A DNA stretch of 64,000 nucleotides, taken from an uncultured Actinomycetes bacterium. GTDB taxonomy: Bacteria; Actinomycetota; UBA4738; HRBIN12. The notes below the pieces were generated by a model. It saw only the letters and a list, made by a program, of their open reading frames with translations. It was not told the origin of the DNA and did not search any database. Below are positions 26,821-37,166 of the stretch, piece after piece (the stretch's first letter is position 1; each line of letters begins with the position of its first letter). The translations under genes and the position numbers were made by a program. The stretch lies in NCBI GenBank assembly GCA_963727185.1, contig CAVSFP010000006.1, positions 346,005 to 410,004 on the forward strand. Direction: 5' to 3'.

Positions 26821-27404
26821 GCACCGTGGCGGTGCCGGATGGAGCCCCTCAACGCGAGATGAGCGGGCCCGTCCTCGGCATGGTGCTGTTCGTCGCCTCG
26901 GAGGCCATGTTCTTCGGGGCGTTCTTCGCGGGCTACTTCACGATCAAGGACAACGCGAAGGTGTGGCCGCCGCCGGGGATCCCGCACCTCAAGATCGACA
27001 TCGCGACCATCCTCACGATCATCCTCGTGGCCAGCAGCGTGGTCATCCAACTCTCGCTCCGGTCGATCCGAAGTGGCAACGAGCGGCGCGCGCGTCTCCT
27101 CTTGGGTATCACGATCGCCCTGGGCATCACGTTCCTCCTCCTGCAGCTGTACGACTACTCACAGCTCGGGTTCGGCGTGAAGGACGGGACGTTCGGCACG
27201 CTCTTCTACGTGATGACGGGCATCCACATGGCGCACGTGTTCGGCGGCGTCGTCTTCCTCGCACTCGTGTTCAGCCAGGCGATGGGCGGTGCGTTAACTC
27301 CCTCGAACCACGACTCCCTCGCAGCCGGCGCCATCTACTGGGATTTCGTCGACGTCGTATGGCTGCTCCTGTTCACGACCTTCTATCTGCTGACGCCGAG
27401 GTGA
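26817..27404 (+). CDS. ctaE: cytochrome c oxidase subunit III
   Basis: ATGA overlap with ctaD. 5 TM, motifs FGAFFAGYF, GIHMAHVFGGVVFL typical of subunit III. Confidence 0.85.
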   Translation: MSTVAVPDGAPQREMSGPVLGMVLFVASEAMFFGAFFAGYFTIKDNAKVWPPPGIPHLKIDIATILTIILVASSVVIQLSLRSIRSGNERRARLLLGITIALGITFLLLQLYDYSQLGFGVKDGTFGTLFYVMTGIHMAHVFGGVVFLALVFSQAMGGALTPSNHDSLAAGAIYWDFVDVVWLLLFTTFYLLTPR

Positions 27405-27408
27405 TCCC

Positions 27409-28212
27409 ATGAGTTCGTTTGCACGGATCTGCTTCTCGCTCACAGTGTTCTTGGCGGTCGCCGGCACCGTGTACGGGCTGACGAGCCATGAGCTCGCCGG
27501 AACGACGCTCCTCGCCGTCGCGGCGATCACGTTCTGCTTCCTCGGGGTTGTGTCACGGATGGTGGCACGCCGCGAGGCCGAGGCGGAGGCCGAGGAGATG
27601 GAGGTCCACGTGGGCCCGACGATCTGGCCCTTCGGGTTCGCGATCGCCGCGGTGATCATCGCCCTCGGGCTGATCGTCACGCCCTGGCTCTTGGTCCTCG
27701 GCGCGTTCGCGTTCGCGCTCGCTGCGGCCGGGTGGCTCCGCGACGCTGCCCACTCCCGGGCGCACGCCGGAAACACCCCGAGCGGTCGATCACGCGCGGA
27801 TCATCATCCAGCCGGTGACCGCGAGGAGCGTCACGATGACCACCAGGAACACCGTGGCGTGGTATTGCGTGGGGCTCGGGCTGGGGAGCCGCGCCGGGTT
27901 GCAGCGCCTGCACACCGACTCGCCCCACGGGACGCGCTCGTGGCATCGGATGCATCGGTCGTAGCGGTCACGCGTTCCCTTCACCGGTCCCTCCCTCGTG
28001 TCACGTTCACGCGGCGATCATCCGATCCACGACGAGCGCCGCGAACAGCGCCGCCAGGTAGACGAGCGAGTAGCGGAAGAGCCGGCGGGCGGTCGCGGTG
28101 TCCGCATCCCGCCGGAACGACTCGGCCCGCCACACGAAGACGCCGCCGAGCCCCGCGGCGCTCGCCGTGTACAGCGCGCCCGCCCCGTTCCACAGGGCCG
28201 GCCCAAGGCTGA
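27409..28212 (+). CDS. ctaF: cytochrome c oxidase subunit IV-like (CtaF-like) 4-TM protein; C-terminal 130 codons doubtful
   Basis: First 135 aa form 4 TM helices as expected for actinobacterial CtaF. The ORF then continues as low-complexity Arg/Pro-rich sequence across the convergent small ORF and 200 bp into ctaB. Likely a frameshift or missed stop near 27800 (a TGA is available in the +2 frame at about 27818). Confidence 0.45.
   Translation: MSSFARICFSLTVFLAVAGTVYGLTSHELAGTTLLAVAAITFCFLGVVSRMVARREAEAEAEEMEVHVGPTIWPFGFAIAAVIIALGLIVTPWLLVLGAFAFALAAAGWLRDAAHSRAHAGNTPSGRSRADHHPAGDREERHDDHQEHRGVVLRGARAGEPRRVAAPAHRLAPRDALVASDASVVAVTRSLHRSLPRVTFTRRSSDPRRAPRTAPPGRRASSGRAGGRSRCPHPAGTTRPATRRRRRAPRRSPCTARPPRSTGPAQG
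27790..27984 (-). CDS. small zinc-ribbon membrane protein (64 aa), hypothetical
   Basis: CIRCHERVPWGESVCRRC (CxxC-x11-CxxC) followed by a single TM helix (VFLVVIVTLLAVTGWMMI). Lies within the doubtful tail of the ctaF ORF on the opposite strand. Confidence 0.3.
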   Translation of the reverse strand: MKGTRDRYDRCIRCHERVPWGESVCRRCNPARLPSPSPTQYHATVFLVVIVTLLAVTGWMMIRA

Positions 28213-28912
28213 CGACGACGGTCGCCACCGCATAGACGAACGCCTGGTTCGCGGTGCGTTTCACCGAGATGACGGCCGGAAGCATGGGGATGTTGGCGCG
28301 CCGGTAGTCCCGGCGGAGCAACGTGGCGAGCGCCCAGAAGTGCGGCGGCGTCCACAGGAAGATCACGGCCGCGAGCGTGAGCGCGGTGGCATCGAGACCC
28401 CCCGTCGCGGCGGCCCACCCCACGAGCGGCGGGAAGCAGCCCGCCGCGCCACCGATCACGATGTTCTGGGTCGACCGGCGCTTGAGCCAGGCCGTGTAGA
28501 TCCCCAGGTACCACGCTGTTCCGGCGAGGGCCAGGGCGGCGGCGAGCAGGTTCGCGGACCGGGTCAGCCAGATCCCCGCGGCGACGTTCATCGCGATACC
28601 CAGCACCACCGCGTGCAGCATCGGGATGCGCCCGTCCGGGATCGGTCGGCTGCGCGTGCGCGCCATCACGGCATCGAGGTCCCGGTCGAAGGCGCAGTTG
28701 AGGGCGTTCGCGCCTCCGGCCGCGAGCGCGCCGCCACCGGCGACCGCGAGGAGGACCGCGATCTGCACGTGGCCGGCGGCTCCGGCGAGGTACCCGCAGA
28801 TACCGGTCACCACCAGGAGAGACACGACGCGTGGTTTCGTCAGCGCGATGTAGTCCGAGACCGTCGCGGCTGCATCGCCGATGCGCGAGGCACGGTCGAC
28901 GGAGACGCTCAT
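28007..28912 (-). CDS. ctaB: protoheme IX farnesyltransferase (heme O synthase)
   Basis: UbiA-family motifs (NCAFDRDLDAVMARTRSRPIP; multiple TM). Adjacent to cta genes. Confidence 0.85.
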   Translation of the reverse strand: MSVSVDRASRIGDAAATVSDYIALTKPRVVSLLVVTGICGYLAGAAGHVQIAVLLAVAGGGALAAGGANALNCAFDRDLDAVMARTRSRPIPDGRIPMLHAVVLGIAMNVAAGIWLTRSANLLAAALALAGTAWYLGIYTAWLKRRSTQNIVIGGAAGCFPPLVGWAAATGGLDATALTLAAVIFLWTPPHFWALATLLRRDYRRANIPMLPAVISVKRTANQAFVYAVATVVVSLGPALWNGAGALYTASAAGLGGVFVWRAESFRRDADTATARRLFRYSLVYLAALFAALVVDRMIAA

Positions 28913-29763
28913 CGAGCCGTCCCGCCCGCGGCCTCAGCCGTGATGCGTTCACGGAGCAGCTGGGCATCGATGCGGACCGCCGCTCGCTCATCCGCTCGCA
29001 TCCAATCGAGCATCACGAGCGCGAGCGCAGGCACGATTTGGATCATCCCCCCAACCCACATGAGCGTCCCGCCGATCCGCTGGTCCGCGATCGCGTTCCC
29101 TGCACCCTCCACGGCTCCGTAGGTTGGATACAGGACATGGTTGGCGCTGAAAAGCGCCAGTCCCAGGAACGCCATCGACGCCATCGCGAAGAAGAGATAC
29201 AGGATCCGAGCAGGGTGCGAGAGAGCCGCCGGAGAGGGGTCGCGACCGACGACCGGCATCCAGAACAGGACGGCGGTCACCAGGTAGGCGACATGTTCGA
29301 GCGCGTGGATGCCGTCGCTCTGCAGAGACGCTTCGAACAGTCCCGTGAAGTGGGATCCCCACAAAACGCCGAAGAACAGGGACCAGGCCACGATGGGCTC
29401 GGAGAGCGTCCGGAGCGGCGGACGCCTGAGCGCGGCGGCGAGCCGCCGTCGAGAGGCAGGCGACGACGAGAGAAGGGCAAGGGTCACGGGAGCACCCAGC
29501 ACCAAGAGCGGCGCGGCGACCATCGTGAGCAACAGATGCTGGACCATGTGAACGGTGAACGACGTCGCTGATCCGGTATCGATCGGCGACTCGAGCGCGA
29601 TGAAGATGATCCCCAAGCCCGCGAGGAACTCCCGCCGGCGGGCCCGTGGGAACCGTCGGTCGCCTCGCGCGCGGCGGACACGTCGGTCCGCGCGGACGTA
29701 CACGACCCCGGTCACGCCGAGGCCGAAGATGACCGCGGGGTCAAACGTCCAGTTCGCGAGCAT
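28909..29763 (-). CDS. ctaG: cytochrome c oxidase assembly factor CtaG (Caa3_CtaG family membrane protein)
   Basis: 7-TM protein with HMVQHLLLTMVAAPLLVLG and HALEHVAYLVTAVLFW motifs characteristic of Caa3-type CtaG. Overlaps ctaB stop. Confidence 0.7.
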   Translation of the reverse strand: MLANWTFDPAVIFGLGVTGVVYVRADRRVRRARGDRRFPRARRREFLAGLGIIFIALESPIDTGSATSFTVHMVQHLLLTMVAAPLLVLGAPVTLALLSSSPASRRRLAAALRRPPLRTLSEPIVAWSLFFGVLWGSHFTGLFEASLQSDGIHALEHVAYLVTAVLFWMPVVGRDPSPAALSHPARILYLFFAMASMAFLGLALFSANHVLYPTYGAVEGAGNAIADQRIGGTLMWVGGMIQIVPALALVMLDWMRADERAAVRIDAQLLRERITAEAAGGTAR

Positions 29764-30897
29764 CGCTCTCTAGCGCTCTGAACGTGCGCGTCGACACGGG
29801 AGCCAGCTCCGCCCGCGCTTGGGTCGACGAGCGCTCGGGTGGAGTGGGTACTACCGGGGAGAGCGGAAGGAGGATCTCGAACGTCGTGCCAACTCCGACC
29901 GCGCTGGAGACGCTCACCTCGCCGCCATGGGCGTCCACGATCGCCTTCACGATCGACAGGCCAAGGCCGGAGCCGCCGGTGTGTCTACTGCGTCCCGGGT
30001 CGGCTCTGGCGAACCGGTCGAAGATGTGATCGAGGTCGGCGGCCGGGATGCCCGCCCCCGTGTCGCGGACCGAGATCACCGCCCGTGAGCCGCCGCGGTG
30101 GATGCCCACTTCGATCGTGTCCTGTTCCTGCGTGTGGTTCACGGCGTTCTCGATCAGGGCGTCGAGCGCCACCTCGAGCCGGTCGGCGTCGGCGATGACG
30201 GTGGCTTCCTCGGCCGCTCCCAGGAGCCATCGACGTGGTGTCGCCGTCCATCGGCGAACGGCGTCCATCACGATCGTCTCCAGGTCCACGACCGCGGGAT
30301 GGAGGAACTCGGGATCCTCGCTCCCGGCCAGGACGAGCAACCGATCGGCCAGGCGCCGCAGCCGCATCAGCTCGTCGGCGATCACCGCGGCGTCGTCCGC
30401 GACCGTTGGATCGTCCGCGCTTCGCTGGATCAGCTCGGCGTGTCCGAGCGCGACCGTGATCGGCGTCCGCAGCTCGTGGGAGGCATCCTGCACGAAGCGC
30501 CGTTCCCGCTCGAGCAGGCGGAGGTTCTCCATGGAGACGCGCTCCGTCTCCTCCATCGCGGTGAGACGCCGCCGGCGTGCCACACCATCGCAAGGAACAT
30601 GGCCGCCATCAGGGGCACCTCGGTCAGCTCATCGAGCGGGGTGATGGCGTTCTTCACGTCCAGCCAGATCAACAGACCGGTCAATCCCATCACGAACGCC
30701 AGGATCACGAACGTGGGACGCGCCTTCCACACGCGGAACCCGTAGAGGATGGTGAGGCTCACCCAGATGAAGTGGAACGGCACCGTCTCCCATTCGGGGA
30801 ACATGAGCATGGCCCCGAGGTTCGCGAGCGAGAAGAGCACCCACGCGACGTCGAACCAGCGGACCCGGTTCGGCCACTCGACGCGGTCAGTCAGCAT
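29741..30897 (-). pseudogene. two-component sensor histidine kinase, frameshifted between TM sensor region and HisKA domain
   Basis: N-terminal 4-TM region (ORF 30430..30897) ends ...FLAMVWHA. HisKA/HATPase part (ORF 29741..30583: ...FVQDASHELRTPIT...; GAGIPAADLDHIFDRFARAD; GGSGLGLSIV) is in the -1 frame. Junction at about 30580-30600 (GC-rich cacgccggcggcg). Confidence 0.65.
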
Positions 30898-31591
30898 CGA
30901 TCCGGTATCCCACGCCCCGGACGGTGACGATCGTCTCCGCGCCCAGCTTCGCGCGCAACCTGCGGATGTAGACGTCGACCACGTTCGAACCCGGATCGAA
31001 GTGGTACCCCCAGACCGATGAGAGCAGACGCTCCTTCGACACCGTCTGGCCGGCGTTGCGCATCAGCTCGCCGAGCAGCAGGAACTCGCGCTCGGCGAGC
31101 GGGATCGGGCCGGCACCGGCGTCGGCTCGCCTGCGGATCAGGTCGAGGGAGAGCGAGCCCGTCTGCAGGCGGGTCGGGTTCGACCGGGCGGCGGTCCGCA
31201 GGCGCGCACGGACGCGGGCGAGGAGCTCCTCCAGCGAGAACGGCTTCGAGATGTAGTCCTCGGCGCCGAGCTCGAGGCAGCTGACCTTCGATGCCGTGTC
31301 GTTCAAGGCCGAGAGGATCAGGACCGGTTGTGAGGGTTTGCGGTCGAGGATCCTTCGAAGCACGGCTTGACCGTCCAGGCTCGGCATCACGAGGTCGAGG
31401 ACCACGAGGTCGTACATGTTGGTGAGCGCGAGCCGCAGACCCTCTTCGGCCTCGCGCGCCGAATCGACCGCCATCCCCTCGGCCTCGAGCCCGCGGTGGA
31501 CGAAGTTGAGGATCCGCTGCTCGTCGTCGATCACCAAGATGCGACCGACGGGAGCCGCCTCGGCCTCGGACCGCACCGCTAACGACGTCAT
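30887..31591 (-). CDS. OmpR-family two-component response regulator
   Basis: Receiver (RILVIDDEQRILNFV...DLVVLDLVMP) plus winged-helix output (VVDVYIRRLRAKLG...RGVGYRI). Start at internal ATG (MTSLAVR). Confidence 0.8.
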   Translation of the reverse strand: MTSLAVRSEAEAAPVGRILVIDDEQRILNFVHRGLEAEGMAVDSAREAEEGLRLALTNMYDLVVLDLVMPSLDGQAVLRRILDRKPSQPVLILSALNDTASKVSCLELGAEDYISKPFSLEELLARVRARLRTAARSNPTRLQTGSLSLDLIRRRADAGAGPIPLAEREFLLLGELMRNAGQTVSKERLLSSVWGYHFDPGSNVVDVYIRRLRAKLGAETIVTVRGVGYRIDAD

Positions 31592-31713
31592 GCCCCCACC
31601 TCGCCGCATACAGTAGCCACGACCGCGCGGGCTGGATAGTCGGACACGGTGCCTGCGGAGTGACAGTTCTGTCATGCGACCTGCCGAACATCGGCGTCGG
31701 TAAGGAGGGTGCG

Positions 31714-32142
31714 ATGATCCCCGCTCGCCTGGGCCTGGTGACGCTCGGCGTCGCCGATCTGGACCGCTCCATCGCGTTCTACCGAGCGCTGGGCTGGGAG
31801 GAGTGCTCCTCGTCCATCGAAGGGGTCATCCACTGGTTCAGGACGGCCGACACGAACATCGGCCTGTTCCCCTACGAGGAGTTGGCTGAGGACGCTGCGA
31901 TCGCGTCTCCGACGCGGGGCTCCTTCGGCGGCATCACGTTGGCGATCAACGTGGAACGGTCCGGGGACGTCGACGCCCTGATCGCGGAAGCTGTGGCGGC
32001 CGGCGGGTCGATCCTCAAGCCGGGGACCGACGCCGTGTTCGGACGCTCAGGCTATTTCGCAGATCCCGACGGGTACCCATGGGAGGTCGCGTACAACCCC
32101 GCGTTCCCCATCGGGGAGGACGGGCGTCTGACCATCCCGTAG
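31714..32142 (+). CDS. VOC/glyoxalase-bleomycin resistance family protein
   Basis: ATG at 31714 after [40 protein letters not shown] typical VOC N-terminus. Confidence 0.7.
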   Translation: MIPARLGLVTLGVADLDRSIAFYRALGWEECSSSIEGVIHWFRTADTNIGLFPYEELAEDAAIASPTRGSFGGITLAINVERSGDVDALIAEAVAAGGSILKPGTDAVFGRSGYFADPDGYPWEVAYNPAFPIGEDGRLTIP

Positions 32143-32198
32143 ATCTGGCCCGTAGGTCCGGCGTCGCTCGAACGTCCAGGCGTCCGTATCCTGAGGGT

Positions 32199-33251
32199 GT
32201 GAACGCCTCCCCGGCATCGGATCGCTTCCTGCGCGCGTGTCGCCGGGAGCCCGTCGACCGCACCCCTGTCTGGTTCATGCGTCAGGCGGGCCGCTACCTC
32301 CCCGAGTATCGGGAGGTTCGCGGACGGGGCGACATCCTCGACACGTGTCGGCACCCCGACCTGGTCACCGAGATCACGCTGCAGCCGGTCCGCCGCATGG
32401 CGGTCGATGCGGCCATCCTGTTCAGCGACATCATGGTGCCGCTCGCCGCGGTGGGGGTGCCCGTCCGCATCGAGACCGGCGTGGGGCCGGTCGTGGACGA
32501 TCCGATCCGCACCGCCGACGATGTGAGTCGCTTGCGACCGCTCGAGCCGGAGACGGACGTCCCGCACGTGCTCGAGGCCATCCGGCTGCTCCGCAAGGAG
32601 CTCGACGTGCCGTTGCTGGGGTTCGCGGGCGCGCCGTTCACCCTGGCGAGCTATCTGGTCGAGGGAGGTCCGTCGCGGACGCACGAGCGGACCAAGGCGC
32701 TGATGTTGGGGGAGCCGAGCGTCTGGGCCGCGTTGATGAGCGCGCTGGTCGCGATCGTGCTGCCCCACCTACGCGCGCAGGCCGGCGCCGGCGCACAGGC
32801 CCTGCAGGTCTTCGACTCGTGGGTGGGCGCGCTCAGCCCCGATGCCTACGAGCGGTCCGTGTTCCCGCACATGCTGCGCCTGTTCGAGGGCCTGTCGGAC
32901 CTGGGCATCCCCACGATCCATTTCGGCGTGGGGACGGGGGAGCTCCTCGCGTCGATGCGTCGAGCGGGCGGCGACGTGATCGGCGTGGACTGGCGCACCC
33001 CGCTCGATATCGCGTGGGACCGCGTGGGTCCCGGCGTGGCCGTGCAGGGCAACCTGGATCCGGCCGTGCTGTCGGCGCCGTGGGACGTGGTGGAGGCCGA
33101 GACCGATCGCGTGCTCGCGCGGGTGGGCGCACGCGACGGACACGTCTTCAACCTCGGTCACGGCGTGCCGCCGGACACCGATCCCGACACACTCCGATGG
33201 CTCGTGGATCTGGTCCATCAACGCACCGAACGCTCGGAGGTTCCGCGTTGA
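32199..33251 (+). CDS. hemE: uroporphyrinogen decarboxylase
   Basis: GTG start. Motifs [35 protein letters not shown] characteristic of HemE. Confidence 0.85.
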   Translation: MNASPASDRFLRACRREPVDRTPVWFMRQAGRYLPEYREVRGRGDILDTCRHPDLVTEITLQPVRRMAVDAAILFSDIMVPLAAVGVPVRIETGVGPVVDDPIRTADDVSRLRPLEPETDVPHVLEAIRLLRKELDVPLLGFAGAPFTLASYLVEGGPSRTHERTKALMLGEPSVWAALMSALVAIVLPHLRAQAGAGAQALQVFDSWVGALSPDAYERSVFPHMLRLFEGLSDLGIPTIHFGVGTGELLASMRRAGGDVIGVDWRTPLDIAWDRVGPGVAVQGNLDPAVLSAPWDVVEAETDRVLARVGARDGHVFNLGHGVPPDTDPDTLRWLVDLVHQRTERSEVPR

Positions 33252-34231
33252 GCGAGCAGCCGATCGGCGTGATGGTGATGGCGTACGGGACCGCGAGCGG
33301 TCCGGACGACATCGAGCGCTACTACACCGACATCCGTGGAGGCAGGACGCCGTCGCCGGAACATCTGGCCGAGCTGAAGGAGCGATACGCCGCGATCGGC
33401 AACGTGTTCCCTCTCATGGAGACGACGCGTCGCCAAGCCGACGGGATCGTCGAGCGGCTGAACGCGGGGTCCGGCGGATCGAGCGCGTACCGCGCCTACC
33501 TCGGGATGAAGCACTCGGAGCCGTTCATCCCGGACGCGATCGCGTCGATGCGCGCCGACGGCGTGGAACGGGCGATCGGGATCGTGATGGCGCCGCACTG
33601 GTCCGGGATGTCGGTCGAGACCTACATCGAGCGCGTGATCCAGGCGAGGCAGGACGACGGCGGCGGCCCCGCGTTCACGTTCGTGCGGTCCTATCACGAC
33701 CATCCGTCGTTCATCGCGTTCCTCACGGCTCGCGTGGCCGATGCGCTCGGCCGGTTGACCGACGATGAGCGGACGAACGCCGCGGTGATCTTCTCCGCCC
33801 ACTCGCTCCCGGTGCGGACGCTCGACGACGGCACGCAACGCTGCAAGACGTGCGATTGCGACGAGTCCTGCCGGTACCGGGACGGGCTCCAGGAGACCGC
33901 CGACCTGGTCGCTCGGGAACTCGACCTGGACGACTACCTCATCGCGTGGCAGAGCGCCGGCCGAACCGCCGACCCGTGGTGGGGCCCGCCGATCGAAGCG
34001 GTGATCGAGGAATCGGCGACCGCCGGCCGAGATGCCGTGGTCGTGTGCTCGGCCGGGTTCGTGGCCGACCACCTGGAGATCCTGTACGACCTGGACATCG
34101 AGGCCCGAGGGATCGCCGAACGCGCCGGGACGCGGTTCGAGCGGACGCGGATGCCGAACGCGGATCCGGCGTACCTGGACGTGCTGGCGGCGGTCGTGCG
34201 CGAGCATCTGGCGGAGGTGCCGACGAGATGA
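33248..34231 (+). CDS. cpfC: coproporphyrin ferrochelatase (Fe-S containing actinobacterial type)
   Basis: Ferrochelatase fold ([26 protein letters not shown]...FSAHSLP) with C-terminal [10 protein letters not shown] cluster motif. TTG/overlap with hemE stop. Confidence 0.8.
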   Translation: MSEQPIGVMVMAYGTASGPDDIERYYTDIRGGRTPSPEHLAELKERYAAIGNVFPLMETTRRQADGIVERLNAGSGGSSAYRAYLGMKHSEPFIPDAIASMRADGVERAIGIVMAPHWSGMSVETYIERVIQARQDDGGGPAFTFVRSYHDHPSFIAFLTARVADALGRLTDDERTNAAVIFSAHSLPVRTLDDGTQRCKTCDCDESCRYRDGLQETADLVARELDLDDYLIAWQSAGRTADPWWGPPIEAVIEESATAGRDAVVVCSAGFVADHLEILYDLDIEARGIAERAGTRFERTRMPNADPAYLDVLAAVVREHLAEVPTR

Positions 34232-35595
34232 GCCTTCCGCGTCGCGTCGACGTCGTCGGGGGCGGGATCTCCGGCCTGACGACCGCGTACCGGCTGGCTG
34301 CGGCAGGGGTCGACGTCACCGTCCACGAGGCGGCCGATCGACCCGGCGGCAAGCTCGGGGCGACGCTGGTGGGCGACCTCGGGCTCGAGACGGGAGCGGA
34401 TTCGTTCGTCGCTCGCAAGCCGTGGGCGGTCGACCTCTGCCGGGAGCTCGGCATAGCCGGGGAGCTGGTGACGCCGGGTGCGAAGGGCGCGTACCTGTGG
34501 ACCGATCGCGGATTGGTCTCGTTCCCCAAGGACGCGCCGTTCGGGATCCCCGGCGACATCGGCGACGTGTTCCGCTGGCCCGGTGTGTCGCGTGCGGGCC
34601 GGCGACGTGCCGCCCTGGATCTGTTGCGTGGGAAGCGGAAGGACGGGGTCGAGGAGACGCTGGGCGGCCTGTTGCGCCGGCGACTGGGAGACGAGGCGAC
34701 CGATATGGCCGTCGCGCCGCTCCTCGCCGGGTTGTACGCGGGGGATGTCGATACCCTGTCGGCGCGCGCGACGTTCCCCGAGCTGCTCATGTGGGAGTCC
34801 TCGCAGGGCAGCCTCATCCGGGGTTCGCAAGCGGCGATGCGATCGGTCCGCCGGGGTGCGCCGACCCCGATGTTCGTGAAGCCGAAGGGCGGCGTCGGAC
34901 GCCTGACCGACGCGCTCGCCGCGTCGCTCGGCGACCGCGTGGTGACCGGAGCACCGGTCGGCTCGCTGTCCGACCTCGGCGAGCGGGGGGACGCGAGCGC
35001 CATCGTGCTGGCCGTCCCGTCCTTCGAGGCGGGGAGGCTCCTGGGCCCGACCGCCCCGGGGGCGTCCGTCGATCTGGGCGCCATCCCGTATGCCTCGACC
35101 GGTGTCGTGTTCCTGGTCTACGGCGACGGGACACAGGCCGCGCTTCCGGAGGGGACCGGGTTCGTGGTCCCGCGGGGCAAGGCACCGATGACGGCGTGCA
35201 CGTGGATCAGCAGCAAGTGGCCCGAGCCGGCGTTCGGATCGCGTGCCGTGGTCCGCTGCTACGTGGGTGGCGTGGGCGACGAGGACGTGCTCGGCGCGGC
35301 AGACCAGGACCTGGTCGACGCGTGCGAGCGGCATCTGTCCGCCGTGCTCGATCTCCCGACCCGGCCACAGGCATCGTCGGTCGTCCGGTGGATGCGCGCG
35401 ATGCCGCAATACGAAGTTGGGCACGTGGAGCGCGTCGAGCGGATCCGCTCGACCCTGCCCCCGGGTATCTTCGTCGTCGGCTCTGCCTACGACGGAGTGG
35501 GCGTCCCCGATTGCGTCAGGGCGGCGGGCGAGACGGCCGAGCAGGTCCTGGCGCACCTCGACCACACGACGATCGAAAAGGAGACGGCTCGATGA
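34228..35595 (+). CDS. cgoX: coproporphyrinogen III oxidase / protoporphyrinogen oxidase family (HemY/CgoX)
   Basis: FAD-binding VDVVGGGISGLTTAYRL and HemY-family body. ATGA overlap with cpfC. Confidence 0.8.
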   Translation: MSLPRRVDVVGGGISGLTTAYRLAAAGVDVTVHEAADRPGGKLGATLVGDLGLETGADSFVARKPWAVDLCRELGIAGELVTPGAKGAYLWTDRGLVSFPKDAPFGIPGDIGDVFRWPGVSRAGRRRAALDLLRGKRKDGVEETLGGLLRRRLGDEATDMAVAPLLAGLYAGDVDTLSARATFPELLMWESSQGSLIRGSQAAMRSVRRGAPTPMFVKPKGGVGRLTDALAASLGDRVVTGAPVGSLSDLGERGDASAIVLAVPSFEAGRLLGPTAPGASVDLGAIPYASTGVVFLVYGDGTQAALPEGTGFVVPRGKAPMTACTWISSKWPEPAFGSRAVVRCYVGGVGDEDVLGAADQDLVDACERHLSAVLDLPTRPQASSVVRWMRAMPQYEVGHVERVERIRSTLPPGIFVVGSAYDGVGVPDCVRAAGETAEQVLAHLDHTTIEKETAR

Positions 35596-36287
35596 CCGAC
35601 ACCACGACGAACGACACGACCGGTTCGATCTACGCGCTCTACCCAGCGTTCCGCGCCCGGGACGGGTTCCGCGATCTCTCCGCGGACGCGCTGGCCGACG
35701 TCGTGCAGGAGGTCGAGAACCTGTACAAGACGTTCGACGGGCGGGTCGACGTTCGCGGTACCTACTCCACCGTCGGATTCCGCCCCGACACCGACCTCAT
35801 GCTCTGGCTCGTCGGGAGCGAGGCCGAAGACGTGCAGGCGTTCCTCTCCGAGTTCCGCCGCACGCAAGCCGGCCGACTCACCGATCTCGCCTGGACGTTC
35901 ATGGGCATGGTCCAGCCGGCGGAGTTCTCACCGTCTCATCAGCCGGCGTTCGTCAAGGGCGTGCCGCCGAAGACGTTCCTCTGCGTCTACCCGTTCGTGC
36001 GGACGCCCGAGTGGTACCTGCTGCCGCGCGAGGAACGCGGCGCGTTGCTCGCCGAGCACGGCGGGGCCGGGCGTGAGTTCCCCGACATCCTCGCGAACAC
36101 CACCAGCGCGTTCGGGCTCGGCGACTGGGAATGGATCCTGGCGTTCGAGGCGGACCGCCTGACGTCGATCGTCGATTGCATCCGCAGGCTGCGCGAGACC
36201 AAGGCCCGCCTCTACACGAAGGTCGAGGTTCCGTTCGTGACCGGCATCCGCAAGAGCGTGGCCGACGCGTTCGCCGATCTCGTGTGA
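35592..36287 (+). CDS. chdC: coproheme decarboxylase (HemQ/ChdC, chlorite dismutase family)
   Basis: Cld-like family sequence (YALYPAFRARDGF...FLCVYPFVRTPEWYLLPREERGALLAEHG). ATGA overlap with cgoX. Confidence 0.8.
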   Translation: MTDTTTNDTTGSIYALYPAFRARDGFRDLSADALADVVQEVENLYKTFDGRVDVRGTYSTVGFRPDTDLMLWLVGSEAEDVQAFLSEFRRTQAGRLTDLAWTFMGMVQPAEFSPSHQPAFVKGVPPKTFLCVYPFVRTPEWYLLPREERGALLAEHGGAGREFPDILANTTSAFGLGDWEWILAFEADRLTSIVDCIRRLRETKARLYTKVEVPFVTGIRKSVADAFADLV

Positions 36288-36295
36288 CCTCGGAG

Positions 36296-36311
36296 GTTCC
36301 GCTCGTCTGAG
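36296..36311. terminator. short hairpin between convergent chdC and PPK2 (weak bidirectional terminator candidate)
   Basis: CCGCTC-GTCT-GAGCGG, 6-bp stem; no U-tract. Confidence 0.2.
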
Positions 36312-36316
36312 CGGGA

Positions 36317-37156
36317 CTAGCTGTGCTTCTTCTTGCGCGCTGCCAGGATCTCTGCCACATGATCGGGGACGTATGTGTAGAGATCGCGAGGCGGGCGCAC
36401 GTAGCCGTCGTCGCGCTGGCGGACCGGAAGCTCGATGTTGGGGTCCGGTAGGTCCTGGTAAGGGATCTTCGACAGCAGGTGCGCGATGCAGTTGATCCGT
36501 GCCCGCTTCTTGTTGTCCGCGTCCACGACGTACCACGGCGCTTCAGGGATGTCCGTGTGCACGAACATCTCGTCCTTCGCGCGCGAGTAGTCGACCCATT
36601 TCGTCCGCGAATACAGGTCGGTCTCCGAGAGCTTCCAACGGCGCATCGGGTCGTCGATCCGCGCCTCGAAACGGCGCTCCTGCTCCTCGTCGCTCACGGA
36701 GAACCAGTACTTGATCAGGATGATCCCGTCGTCGACGAGGAGCCGCTCGAAGATCGGGCACTGCTGCAGGAACCGGTAGTGCTCGGTGGGCGTGCAGAAC
36801 CCGAGCACGTGCTCGATGCCGGCTCGGTTGTACCAACTGCGGTCGAACAGCACGACCTCACCGGCCGCGGGGAGCTGTTCGATGTATCGCTGGAAGTACC
36901 ACTGCGTCGTCTGGCGTTCGGTCGGCTTCGGCAGCGCGACGTGCCGGGTGATCCGCGGGTTCATGTGCTCGGTCATCCGCTTGATCGCTCCGCCTTTGCC
37001 GGCAGCATCGCGTCCTTCGAAGATCACCACGAGGCGCATCCCGGTGGATGCGCCCCACTCCTCCATCTTCACGAGCTCGACCTGGAGCCGGGCGAGCTCC
37101 TTCTCGTAGAGCTTGCGAGGGAACTTCTCGGGACGGTCGTCGGTCTTGTCGCTCAC
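36317..37156 (-). CDS. ppk2: polyphosphate kinase 2 (PPK2 family)
   Basis: Walker A GRDAAGKGG, PPK2 lid and motifs (FDRSWYNR; LIKYWF). Confidence 0.85.
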   Translation of the reverse strand: MSDKTDDRPEKFPRKLYEKELARLQVELVKMEEWGASTGMRLVVIFEGRDAAGKGGAIKRMTEHMNPRITRHVALPKPTERQTTQWYFQRYIEQLPAAGEVVLFDRSWYNRAGIEHVLGFCTPTEHYRFLQQCPIFERLLVDDGIILIKYWFSVSDEEQERRFEARIDDPMRRWKLSETDLYSRTKWVDYSRAKDEMFVHTDIPEAPWYVVDADNKKRARINCIAHLLSKIPYQDLPDPNIELPVRQRDDGYVRPPRDLYTYVPDHVAEILAARKKKHS

Positions 37157-37166
37157 GACCCGGACG

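Noticed and set aside
32237-34231. 664-aa plus ORF
   Set aside because: Only the final 327 codons (from 33248) are ferrochelatase. Upstream part is an alternative frame of hemE.
33218-35565. Long minus-strand ORFs (33218..34207, 33934..35565, 33939..35084)
   Set aside because: Antisense to hemH/hemY, which have clear family signatures. Arg/Pro/Ser-rich.
34032-36287. 751-aa plus ORF
   Set aside because: Out-of-frame read-through upstream of hemQ. Only the last 231 codons (from ATG 35592) are hemQ.
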